A stretch of 42,246 nucleotides of DNA. It comes from a virus (lineage: Duplodnaviria; Caudoviricetes). Shown one piece after another: positions 25,283 through 33,700 of the stretch. Within the stretch, counting starts at the first letter, position 1, and the number at the start of each line of letters is the position of its first letter. The notes below the pieces were generated by a model. The model was given only the letters and a program-made list of their open reading frames with translations, was not told where the DNA came from and ran no database searches. Location: IMG/VR virus record IMGVR_UViG_3300025700_000002, positions 1 to 42,246 of that record; one strand, 5' to 3'. Made by a program: the position numbers and the translations under genes.

Positions 25283-26665
25283 TCAGCGAACGACGATTTT
25301 CATCGCGTCATCACTGATATTACGAACACATTTAAAGTCAGTTCCAGCAAGGAGTAATTCCTCCCGGTTGCCGAATGAAATCCCAGTATACTGGATCTTC
25401 TCGACATAGAACTCGACGATATTACCAGCAACGGATCCGACACTTGCATAGAATCTCTCAAGCGTATCTGAAAACCATTTGGCATGGAATCCGAAAGTCG
25501 CGACTGGGACCATCTCAGGATCGAAAGCACCATTGAAGTCACGATCAGTAATGATAACTGATCGGATTCCAGATGTGCTTGTAGCATCCATCCTAGATGA
25601 TAAGGTATTATCAACTTGAATGTTCATCTGACTCAAAACGGGGACATATACGGTGCCCCCGACGTCGAGTTGAATAGTTGCTCCCTGAAACTTCGGAGGG
25701 ATTAGGTTATCAGCAGTTTCAGCGAAAGGTGCAGAGTCGATAGGATTGGCCCCAGAAGGCCCCTGCATTTCGAACTCAAACCGGCCCGGTTCACCCACGG
25801 CCCCAAAGCTAACATTAACACGTCCACGAGCACCTGGGACTGTAGTTCTCACGCCATCTTGATTGACATAAAGTGTCATAGGAGGTGTTGGGAATCCACA
25901 GCCGGCATCAGCGGTTGCCGTTGCACTCAGTGTTGAGGATTGACCCGTAATCACATCATTATTGACAAAATCAATGGCATTAATCGACTTATACCACAGT
26001 TGACTACTACCCATGTATATCACGCGGGCTGTCCCACCAGAAATACTACCAACAACAGTCTCACCAGGAGTATAGTTCGGAGAAGCATTCAAAGCTACAG
26101 TACTCGTAACAATACTATGTGGCTCAAAGCCCCATCCGTATTCTTCATCAACACTGTCGAAAGTCGCGGCATATGAAGCAGGACCAGCGAGAGTTAGGGT
26201 AGTGGGCGTTCCAGACCCTGTCAAACGATAAGCCACGAGTTCTGTTACCGAGCGCGGCTGCACAAAGAGCCGATAAGTTGCGCCGTCGCCATCTGTGAGT
26301 GTGTCTCCCATTGTAAGGGGTCCACCAGATGTTGCACTAACTGTGATAGCAACGAGCTTCACTTCAGCTAATCCAGAGGCCATAAGGTAATCTGCATAGT
26401 TTGGACGTTGTCCTGCAGTCCCTTGTCCCTTTGGTTCAATTTGAAAGTTTACATTCGTGAGAATGGTCCCCGTTATGTTAGCTTCTTTTGATAGATCTGA
26501 TCTAAAAGGGGTTCTCTCAAACTGAGAAACTTCATAACTCGGATCGACTTCAAAAACGGTTGGAAAAACGTCGTTCGCGTTCAAGACTTCCGCTACCTCT
26601 TCGGCATTCTGGAGCCTGCCCGCCAACTGTTTAATCTTATTACGTAAGGCACAAGAACCGGCCAT
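25283..26665 (-). CDS. Major tail tube protein with inserted accessory domains
   Basis: 460 aa before the chaperones; GARG.V...GE...FEF.G and NTLSSR...I.ITDR...G.FDPE tube patterns; Thr/Gly-rich insertions (YTPGETVVGSISGGTARV). Confidence 0.8.
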   Translation of the reverse strand: MAGSCALRNKIKQLAGRLQNAEEVAEVLNANDVFPTVFEVDPSYEVSQFERTPFRSDLSKEANITGTILTNVNFQIEPKGQGTAGQRPNYADYLMASGLAEVKLVAITVSATSGGPLTMGDTLTDGDGATYRLFVQPRSVTELVAYRLTGSGTPTTLTLAGPASYAATFDSVDEEYGWGFEPHSIVTSTVALNASPNYTPGETVVGSISGGTARVIYMGSSQLWYKSINAIDFVNNDVITGQSSTLSATATADAGCGFPTPPMTLYVNQDGVRTTVPGARGRVNVSFGAVGEPGRFEFEMQGPSGANPIDSAPFAETADNLIPPKFQGATIQLDVGGTVYVPVLSQMNIQVDNTLSSRMDATSTSGIRSVIITDRDFNGAFDPEMVPVATFGFHAKWFSDTLERFYASVGSVAGNIVEFYVEKIQYTGISFGNREELLLAGTDFKCVRNISDDAMKIVVR

Positions 26666-26680
26666 AATATGATCTCCTTA

Positions 26681-27037
26681 TTAGTTGACTACAACAACTT
26701 GCCTCAGCCGGAGTGACACTTCTCTTCGAGTGCCTGAAACCCAGCGGAAACTAAACGATTCATCAGCGAGCGTGACCTCAATAGAGATCACCTCACCCGG
26801 TGGGGTCCATAACATAGAACCCGATGACTTAATAGAATTGATCAGTGTCTTAAGGTTATCAAACATGCAAGATGTCAAATGCTTAAAGACTAGATCAAAC
26901 TCACGCTGCTGTCTTTGATTCTTCCGTCGGCGTAAGGCTCGACCAGATGACCTCAACGTATTAAAAACTTCTACAGCCCTATTTTCCTTTATAGGGAATT
27001 CAGGTAGTTCATTTAGGGTAGGCACTTTGACCTCCAT
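26681..27037 (-). CDS. Second Dit/lambda M-like protein
   Basis: RRR...REFDLVFKHL...MLWTPPG pattern, similar to 19456-19860. Confidence 0.5.
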   Translation of the reverse strand: MEVKVPTLNELPEFPIKENRAVEVFNTLRSSGRALRRRKNQRQQREFDLVFKHLTSCMFDNLKTLINSIKSSGSMLWTPPGEVISIEVTLADESFSFRWVSGTRREVSLRLRQVVVVN

Positions 27038-27072
27038 TTACATAGTTTTATAAGCAACACCCAATCAACCTC

Positions 27073-28638
27073 TCAAACACTCTCCAAGAATCGACCAGCA
27101 CCCGCATTATACAAGGCTGTCACGGCGGCACTATCTAATGCGGTGCCTTTCCAGTATGCGAGTTCGTCAATCCGACCAGTGAAGTTCAAAGTCGTAAGGT
27201 TTTGATGTGCCCCCAAAGTGAATTTAGCTCCTGCCGTATTCATTGCAAGAGAGTTTGCGTCAGCTGTATCTGAGCCCTCAAAAGCCCCATTGATGTATAG
27301 CGACCGTTGATATAGTGCGCCGATCTGCGTTTTTACAATTGAAATGTGATACCAGGTAGACGCTGTGAGGGTTGTGGTTCCAGTAAATGTTTGATTGCCA
27401 GAACCTCCAAAAGCCCAAGCTCTAAACATCTGGATAGTGTTTGTCGGTGTCAAACCAACCCTCTCAATGGCATAAAAACCAGTATAGAACTCATGGAAAA
27501 CCCCAAGAGACGCAGGAGAGCTGTTGACGTAAACCCAATAACTCATTGAATATTCTTGACTTGCTGAGTGAGTGAACGTGCCGGTTCTGCTTAATGAATC
27601 AAGGCTCGCGGCATTAAGTTCAACGCAATTGCCATTCTTCCCTGTCGCGCTGAACGTAGGTGATCCAGTTGCCGCAAGGCTATTGTTACTAATTGAGTCA
27701 ACCAGCGGCGTCCCTGCTTCTTCAAACTTCCAATAACTAACGAGGTATTGATTAAACCCAACTAAATCTGCATGACTGAAACCTAATCCAGACGGTGCTC
27801 CTATTGTCGTGAGAAACAATCCTGTCCCTGAGTTATACAGTTCTGTGATGGCTGCTGAGGAAATCGCCTCATTCCAAAACAATACTTCATCTTGCTTATG
27901 AGTGCTGTTATTCCCCGAGATCTGAAAGTTATACCCGCTGAGATCGTCTGGTATTGCGGCATCATCGTAACTCCCAAAGAAAGCACCATCGAGATAAACC
28001 TCGTGAAGATAAGTGCTAGGCGCTGTAAATGTTCGCTTCCAGGTAATCATTGTCCATTTATTGAGATACCCAGTGAAAGCGCCAATATAAGCATACTGAC
28101 TGCCGGCTCCACTATTGCCCGACCAAGTTAAGTTGTTCGTGTTATGGAGATAAAGAATATGAGAGTGCGTTGCATCTTTGTTCCATGTTAGAAGAATTGG
28201 ATACGTGCCTACTGAAGTCACATAGACCCAAGAATTGACCGTCCATTGCCCAGTCAATCCAGGATTAAATCCTGCGCTGGGACGACTGTAGGAAACTCCA
28301 GCAGATCCTTGGATTGACGTCCCATTCTTCCCAGTGGCTAGAAACGTAGGGCTACCACCATCTAGAGCCAGTTGATAGTTTACACCGACGCTATCGTCAA
28401 TAGGAGCGCCCGCGTCATTAAAGGTCCAGCCAGCCTTGAGGTAGGCAGAAAAGGCATTCAGAGTAGGGCCGTCGATTCCTGACGGAGCAGGATGCGTATC
28501 AACGCTAACCGTAGTTCCCACGATAGTCAGCGAATTATTGGGATATTTTATAACAGTCGCGCTGACGGATGGAGTTCCATCCGCTTCCTCGATTGTGATC
28601 CCTCCGCCGCCGCCAATGCTGTCTGATAATGCTCCCAT
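27073..28638 (-). CDS. Virion fibre with two LamG/concanavalin A-like domains
   Basis: Duplicated SPTF(L/S)ATGKNG; YWKFEE; QDEVLFWNEAISSAAITELYN and GRIDELAYWKGTALDSAAVTALYN; AAGGAG RBS. Confidence 0.85.
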   Translation of the reverse strand: MGALSDSIGGGGGITIEEADGTPSVSATVIKYPNNSLTIVGTTVSVDTHPAPSGIDGPTLNAFSAYLKAGWTFNDAGAPIDDSVGVNYQLALDGGSPTFLATGKNGTSIQGSAGVSYSRPSAGFNPGLTGQWTVNSWVYVTSVGTYPILLTWNKDATHSHILYLHNTNNLTWSGNSGAGSQYAYIGAFTGYLNKWTMITWKRTFTAPSTYLHEVYLDGAFFGSYDDAAIPDDLSGYNFQISGNNSTHKQDEVLFWNEAISSAAITELYNSGTGLFLTTIGAPSGLGFSHADLVGFNQYLVSYWKFEEAGTPLVDSISNNSLAATGSPTFSATGKNGNCVELNAASLDSLSRTGTFTHSASQEYSMSYWVYVNSSPASLGVFHEFYTGFYAIERVGLTPTNTIQMFRAWAFGGSGNQTFTGTTTLTASTWYHISIVKTQIGALYQRSLYINGAFEGSDTADANSLAMNTAGAKFTLGAHQNLTTLNFTGRIDELAYWKGTALDSAAVTALYNAGAGRFLESV

Positions 28639-28770
28639 TAAAACTCCTTCAATTTACTTAGGTAGGCAGGGGGTGATAATCTAAACTTCATTGGGTCCAT
28701 ATTAAAATTGGTATCCATTCAGCGTGAAATCGTAGACGGTCAGTTTCCGGCTTGCTGCCATTGGATTATC

Positions 28771-28992
28771 CTACTCTATCGTCCAAGTCTTTTCGCACCA
28801 CCCGGTCACAAGATCATTGTCCTGGGTCGCTGTGATTGTAAGCCCTGCGGCTGTTATGGCTGCGGTCAATGCTGCGGTATAATCCGCACCATCATCCAAA
28901 TTGAATTTATTGACAATCGGGCAAAGATTGAAATCGCCCGGTGCCTGCGCCGCGATGAATGCTACGGCGCTATCTACTCGTGGGTCGCTCAT
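28771..28992 (-). CDS. Hypothetical protein (73 aa), possible fibre chaperone
   Basis: ATGA-coupled to the upstream lectin-like gene. Confidence 0.65.
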   Translation of the reverse strand: MSDPRVDSAVAFIAAQAPGDFNLCPIVNKFNLDDGADYTAALTAAITAAGLTITATQDNDLVTGWCEKTWTIE

Positions 28993-29726
28993 AGTATAGT
29001 CCTCGGTGAAGCTGAGTTATAAAGATCCAAAAGTGCGGTATAGTCTGGGCCTCGGCTGAAAACATATAGCGGCCCGAAGTATCCCGGACAATAGCCACAG
29101 AAAAAAGGAACGTCACCACAATTTGCTACTGGTGCAGATACCTGGGATGATATCTCGACGCCATTAACCCCTAGGCTCCAGGTCGATCCTGTGCGCCCAA
29201 AACTGACCATGTAGGGCGTCCCCAGCGACCAATAACTATCCCACGAGGTGATTGATAAACCCGCCCGCTGTGTGTTCCCCTCGATGATATAAAAAACACC
29301 AGTCGAAGCTAGATAGCCAGTATGTACCCGATTCGTGCTGCTTACCTGATCGGCCCATCCAACGCCTGCTAGTCCCGCCCAAGTTACGCTCGCTTCGCGC
29401 TCATAAAAGTAAACGCAGGTGAAATCTTCAGTGTGCCTTGGACCCGGTGGTAGGTTAGTTACGCCGACGACCCCAAGTTTATTTGCACCCGTAAACAGGA
29501 TTGATTTATTCTGACTTGCGTATAGTGGAGGTTGAGCGTACGAAGCAGCCAGCGAATAATCCCTCAAAGCGCCGCCCATCCCCGGCGCAACAGGCATCAC
29601 GTATGATGTGTTCGTGTCGGGTTCGTGGGCGCTCGCAAGGCTCTTTTCAAATTCTGTCAGAGCTGCCCCTCCACCGAACGTTATTTTCCCGGTTGCGATT
29701 GCTAGGCTATCTGATAATGCGCCCAT
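28989..29726 (-). CDS. Second fibre/lectin-like (LamG-like) protein
   Basis: Starts MGALSDS like 27073-28638; YMVSFGRTGSTWSLGVNG...LLDLYN resembles LamG. Confidence 0.65.
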   Translation of the reverse strand: MGALSDSLAIATGKITFGGGAALTEFEKSLASAHEPDTNTSYVMPVAPGMGGALRDYSLAASYAQPPLYASQNKSILFTGANKLGVVGVTNLPPGPRHTEDFTCVYFYEREASVTWAGLAGVGWADQVSSTNRVHTGYLASTGVFYIIEGNTQRAGLSITSWDSYWSLGTPYMVSFGRTGSTWSLGVNGVEISSQVSAPVANCGDVPFFCGYCPGYFGPLYVFSRGPDYTALLDLYNSASPRTIL

Positions 29727-29745
29727 AATAAGACTCCTTCAACAC

Positions 29746-30372
29746 TTATGTTGAGACGGGGATATAATCTAAACGAACTGCCCAGTCCCAATTCTCCGCA
29801 GCGTTGCCCGTGACTCGCAATCTAAGTATACCGTCTACCGAAATACTCAGGGTTGCGCCAGTCCCAGTTGAGAAGTCTGGGGCTGCTCCTACGCCATTAT
29901 TGGCGCTAGACTCAAGGGTTCCGTTATCAAACTGCACAACCTGCCCCAACCACTGAAAGCTCGCAAAATCCTTATTGTCTCGGATTGCAATGACTCGCCA
30001 GTTCGCTTGAAGAGCTTTTACTCCAGTAGTGGATCCCGAGTATGATCCCGCCGTTGTTTGCGTGGCATCAGTCGTAGATACTGTATACTCCTCGACTGTG
30101 GAACTCCCCCCACCCAATGCCGCGATAGCCTGTCCGATGCGCAGTGGAGAGAATGACCGCAGAGCAACTTCAGTGCCAGCCTCGGCCTCAGCCTGACTTG
30201 CTGCCGCCGCCGCACTACTCTCTAGAGCCGCGATAGCCTGTCCGATGCGCAGTGGAGAGAATGACCGCAGAGCAACTTCAGTGCCAGCCTCGGCCTCAGC
30301 CTGACTTGCTGCCGCCGCCGCACTACCGCCTGACGTTGCTAATGCTCGATACTCTGTTCCAGGTGCATACAT
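29746..30372 (-). CDS. Fibre shaft/adaptor protein with duplicated phage fibre repeat
   Basis: Two copies of ASQAEAEAGTEVALRSFSPLRIGQAIAAL; C-terminal TTDATQT...LRLRVTG...W beta domain. Confidence 0.75.
   Translation of the reverse strand: MYAPGTEYRALATSGGSAAAAASQAEAEAGTEVALRSFSPLRIGQAIAALESSAAAAASQAEAEAGTEVALRSFSPLRIGQAIAALGGGSSTVEEYTVSTTDATQTTAGSYSGSTTGVKALQANWRVIAIRDNKDFASFQWLGQVVQFDNGTLESSANNGVGAAPDFSTGTGATLSISVDGILRLRVTGNAAENWDWAVRLDYIPVST
30119..30326. repeat. 100-bp perfect tandem duplication, period 108 bp
   Basis: 30119-30218 identical to 30227-30326. Confidence 0.95.
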
Positions 30373-30383
30373 TCTAGTCTCCT

Positions 30384-30824
30384 CTATAGCCCAGTTCCAG
30401 GTAATATTGTGACACGTTCAATTATTGCTCCGCCAGCCCCTTTGATGACTATTCGACCATCTCTGATAGGCCCAGGCTGTAAAAGAAAATTTATTTCCGT
30501 CGGGGTTCCAATTTTAGCCTGCTCGAATAGATGTTTGTCCGTTACATAACTCAGTTCATCCTCAGCTGTAGTAGGACGGGCAGTGTAGATATCCTCATAT
30601 AGTTCAAACCCCGCAATCCTATTTTGAGACTTGATACGGATCACGGTTGTCCCTGACCAACCAGTGATTCCAATCCTCACTAAAGCAATCTCGAACCCCC
30701 TTAAATCTAAGTTATCTATTAAACTTTGATAAGTGGCATCTAAAACCAGAGCTGAGGGGTTGCTCCCGATCCCGTCTCGAATTTGATCGACAATGAAAAT
30801 GTCTTTGTTTACTGATAGATCCAT
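30384..30824 (-). CDS. Hypothetical virion protein (146 aa)
   Basis: Beta-rich ORF in the structural operon; GAGG RBS. Confidence 0.7.
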   Translation of the reverse strand: MDLSVNKDIFIVDQIRDGIGSNPSALVLDATYQSLIDNLDLRGFEIALVRIGITGWSGTTVIRIKSQNRIAGFELYEDIYTARPTTAEDELSYVTDKHLFEQAKIGTPTEINFLLQPGPIRDGRIVIKGAGGAIIERVTILPGTGL

Positions 30825-30831
30825 ACTTACC

Positions 30832-31608
30832 TCAACACCTAACTTCGGCAGGATCTAACCTGCTATGACGGTAGAAGATATCTACCACGACTAGTAATAG
30901 GCCTCTCTCTTGAGAGGTTGACTGGTGGAATCTCGAACTTGCAATTACTTCTGTATTGATTGCAAGTCCACCCCGTTGATCATCCTGCATTAGGGCTTTC
31001 TTAATATCATGAAGATATTCATCCCCCTCTTCATCAGTGCCTTCGTGAGCCCTGTAGTGAACTTCGATGATCGTGTGTTGAACAACTGATTGCGTTAAAT
31101 TCTGTGCCGATTCATGTTCGTCTGAGTCAGGGGTATACACGATCGCATAAGGTAGCATCGTCCCTTCATACTCTCCAACCTGGATGCGTGTCACGTCTTC
31201 AAACTCATTGAAATACTGTGTTCCTTTCGTAATACCTTTGAGGGTGGCTACAACATTCTTGAGAATCCGATCTGAAACGGGACGTAAAGGGGGCTGGCTA
31301 CTAGATAAAGTTTTGAATAAAAAGAATTCATCTATGTCTGATAAGTCTAGAGTATTATCCATAGCAATAGAATAGGCTTCATACTCTGTCTCTTGTGTCA
31401 ATCCTGTGAGTGTGATAACGTCATTAAGAGAAATAGGAACCGTAACACTCTGTGAAATCCACGGCCCACTACCCTTTACGCGGTATTTTATAAGTATACT
31501 TTGCAAAGAAGGGTTTGTCGGGATCTGAGTCATCGTAAATATAGTGCTCGTAAGGTCAACAGCCGTCAACTCTACCGTCAGCGTTGTTAAGTCTAAAGCG
31601 AATGTCAC
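30832..31608 (-). CDS. Tail terminator/completion protein with N-terminal FN3-like domain
   Basis: IKYRVKGSGPW...TLTGLTQETEYE (FN3); RILKNVVATL...LP...DIKKAL..D..RGGLA (terminator-like). Likely GTG start at 31608. Confidence 0.7.
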   Translation of the reverse strand: MTFALDLTTLTVELTAVDLTSTIFTMTQIPTNPSLQSILIKYRVKGSGPWISQSVTVPISLNDVITLTGLTQETEYEAYSIAMDNTLDLSDIDEFFLFKTLSSSQPPLRPVSDRILKNVVATLKGITKGTQYFNEFEDVTRIQVGEYEGTMLPYAIVYTPDSDEHESAQNLTQSVVQHTIIEVHYRAHEGTDEEGDEYLHDIKKALMQDDQRGGLAINTEVIASSRFHQSTSQERGLLLVVVDIFYRHSRLDPAEVRC

Positions 31609-31619
31609 ATTTACCTTTC

Positions 31620-32300
31620 TTAGTTCTTGAAGCCTGCACGCTTCCAAGCCCTCTTAGTTGCCTTCTCTATCAATATTTTACGGTTGTCTGATACATCTTT
31701 TCTTATAAAAGTATCCCTTGCACCGAGTCGTGCTGGAATTTTCACACTCGGAACAAGTTTGAATAGTAATACTGTAATACGCCCGTTTTTCCTAGGCGGT
31801 CCCAGTGTTAAGAGATTCTTAGCACGTCTCAGTATTGATCTTGCAACAGTAAGACTCTTAAAACTACGGGCTATGAATAATTTCCCTCGTAAACTTATAG
31901 TGAAGGTATCATCAATCTCTGAAGCTTTGAATCTCGGAACACCAGAGGCAGTCCTGACTGAATCTAGAGGGACCGTCAAAAACTTCGCTCTTTTAGGTCT
32001 TATTACACCTGAAAATTCATGTATAGCTGCATACCTCTTAGCTCTACCTATTGTAGCAATCATGGTTAAGTTCCGTAAGTCATTTCCCACCGTGATTGAA
32101 TTAGTTGATCTTGCCAGATCCCCAGTTCTACGTTTCAAACCAGGACGGCCTGATAATCTTTCCCTTATCATGGTACTGACGTAATACCGTCCATGTTTCT
32201 TAAATGCCTTTCGGTACTCATCGACAAAGATGTTTCCACCAATAGCTGAACGCATAATGGCGTCGAGGTTAATGAACTCATTGAACTCCATTTCTGCCAT
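31620..32300 (-). CDS. Neck/tail-completion protein (HK97 gp10 / virion morphogenesis-like)
   Basis: LSGRPGLKRRTGDLARS...YAAIHEF.G.IRPK...IPAR. Confidence 0.75.
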   Translation of the reverse strand: MAEMEFNEFINLDAIMRSAIGGNIFVDEYRKAFKKHGRYYVSTMIRERLSGRPGLKRRTGDLARSTNSITVGNDLRNLTMIATIGRAKRYAAIHEFSGVIRPKRAKFLTVPLDSVRTASGVPRFKASEIDDTFTISLRGKLFIARSFKSLTVARSILRRAKNLLTLGPPRKNGRITVLLFKLVPSVKIPARLGARDTFIRKDVSDNRKILIEKATKRAWKRAGFKN

Positions 32301-33082
32301 TACATTACACTCGTCATCTTGTTCTGCAATGGTCTGATCATATCACGGACTGGATGTATCAATCCGATTGATCTTGTCATGGCGCTTGCTTGTCGGAATG
32401 TGACCTGCTGGGTACCTTGGAAGTTCTTTGTTCTCCACAAATAACCACACTGAGTAAGGGTTGCTAGATGCAACTGAGATCTGGTCAATCTCAAAACTTC
32501 AAAAGCAGTCTGAAAAGTCCAAGAGGTATTAGTTATATCCCTTGTAGCAACCTTATCCTTCTGACCTGAAAAGTCCCCGATAGGATTCCCTCCAACAAGG
32601 TGTATATCACCAGCTGATGGAGTAAGAGTTGAAGGATCATCTAGTCTGGAGATATAATAATCCCGGTCAAATGCATAACCACCTACATACGTCACCTGGA
32701 GAGCCCCCACCCCTTGACGGAGGCGGATTCGATCAAGTAACACTAAACCAACTTTACGACGCCCTTCCTCTTCCCACTCATAGTCAGAAGATTCAAGGGC
32801 ACTCGTATTGCTGAAGTCGCGATCTAAGTCATACTTAATTTCGGTCAAGTCGTGAATTGGGGCGGCTGGCATAACAAATTTACTTTGCAAACTTCCTACA
32901 TCGAGTCTTGTGATACGTTGTTTTACAACGATCTGCCGACTGAGATACTTTAATATCTGATCTGATACCCCAGTAATTTGGGCTTGAAGTAAGTCATCAT
33001 CCTGTAAGAACTTACCGACCTTCATATCAAGATACAGACGAAGTTCGGCCAAAGTCACTAGATCTGTTAATGCTGCCGCCAC
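32300..33082 (-). CDS. Head-tail connector (gp6-like) with DUF2793-like insertion
   Basis: LVTLAELRLYL...DDDLL...I.KY..R, VTYVGGY; insert TPSAGDIHLVGGNPIGDFSGQKDKVA...WTF. Confidence 0.75.
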   Translation of the reverse strand: MAAALTDLVTLAELRLYLDMKVGKFLQDDDLLQAQITGVSDQILKYLSRQIVVKQRITRLDVGSLQSKFVMPAAPIHDLTEIKYDLDRDFSNTSALESSDYEWEEEGRRKVGLVLLDRIRLRQGVGALQVTYVGGYAFDRDYYISRLDDPSTLTPSAGDIHLVGGNPIGDFSGQKDKVATRDITNTSWTFQTAFEVLRLTRSQLHLATLTQCGYLWRTKNFQGTQQVTFRQASAMTRSIGLIHPVRDMIRPLQNKMTSVM

Positions 33083-33096
33083 AATTTACTCCTATA

Positions 33097-33591
33097 TCAA
33101 GGCGTGATTAGCGCCTGCTTTGTCGTGTGGTTGAACAACAGAGCATTAAGAGGACTCGGATTTACGTCATTATTAGCTGGAACCTCATACTGAGAGGTAA
33201 CGATAAAACTCGCACCAAATACAATGGCTCCAATAGCAACCGTTGTATTGATTCGAATTTGAGTCCGACCCGTAGGCAATGCCTTGCAGTCAATTCGACC
33301 ACGGTACACACGGTTCTTCGGGTCTGGTGAGGCCCCTTCAAGGAGCTGAGTGAGTGTGACGGTAGTCCCGTCAGCATCCTTCAGCGGTAAAGGGTTCGCA
33401 CCTGCATCATCGAGTGTTTCGATGAATCCATCAAGGGTAGCGCCAGCAGCCATGGTACCCACGTCAATTAAGACGAGTGCTTCCATAAAGTCGCGGCACT
33501 CGATGATCGCACTATTATGATTTCCTGCTGTACGTGAGACGGGGTCGAATAGTTTCCGCACCCCATACCAGAAGTCGGCTGAATGTTTCAT
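33097..33591 (-). CDS. Putative capsid decoration/cement protein
   Basis: Beta-rich 164 aa directly after the capsid gene; AGGAG RBS. Confidence 0.6.
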   Translation of the reverse strand: MKHSADFWYGVRKLFDPVSRTAGNHNSAIIECRDFMEALVLIDVGTMAAGATLDGFIETLDDAGANPLPLKDADGTTVTLTQLLEGASPDPKNRVYRGRIDCKALPTGRTQIRINTTVAIGAIVFGASFIVTSQYEVPANNDVNPSPLNALLFNHTTKQALITP

Positions 33592-33639
33592 TTTAGATCT
33601 CTCCTAATGAAGTTTTTTATGAAACTTGAAAAAGTATGA

Positions 33640-33692
33640 GCTATAAGCCCGCTTACGCGGGCTATAAGCCCGCTTACGCGGGCTATAAGCCC
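33640..33692. repeat. 2.5 tandem copies of the 21-bp palindromic unit GCTATAAGCCCGCTTACGCGG
   Basis: 33640-33660, 33661-33681 and partial 33682-33692; minus-strand hairpins GCCCGC-GUAA-GCGGGC; U tract downstream. Confidence 0.92.
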
Positions 33693-33700
33693 CTCCTTAA

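Larger units (their letters stand above)
28618..29774. repeat. Diverged 69-bp direct repeat (28618-28686 / 29706-29774) spanning a gene end, RBS and MGALSDS start
   Basis: Both copies read (minus) GTTTAGATTAT...TAAGT...TTGAAGGAGT...ATGGG(A/C)GCATTATCAGA(C/T)AGC. Confidence 0.85.

Noticed and set aside
27073-29726. Diversity-generating retroelement or invertase-based fibre switching
   Set aside because: No reverse transcriptase or recombinase in the window; the repeats are direct and their differences are not adenine-specific.
31627-32184. 185-aa antisense ORF
   Set aside because: Shadow of the neck protein gene, which carries the recognisable motifs.
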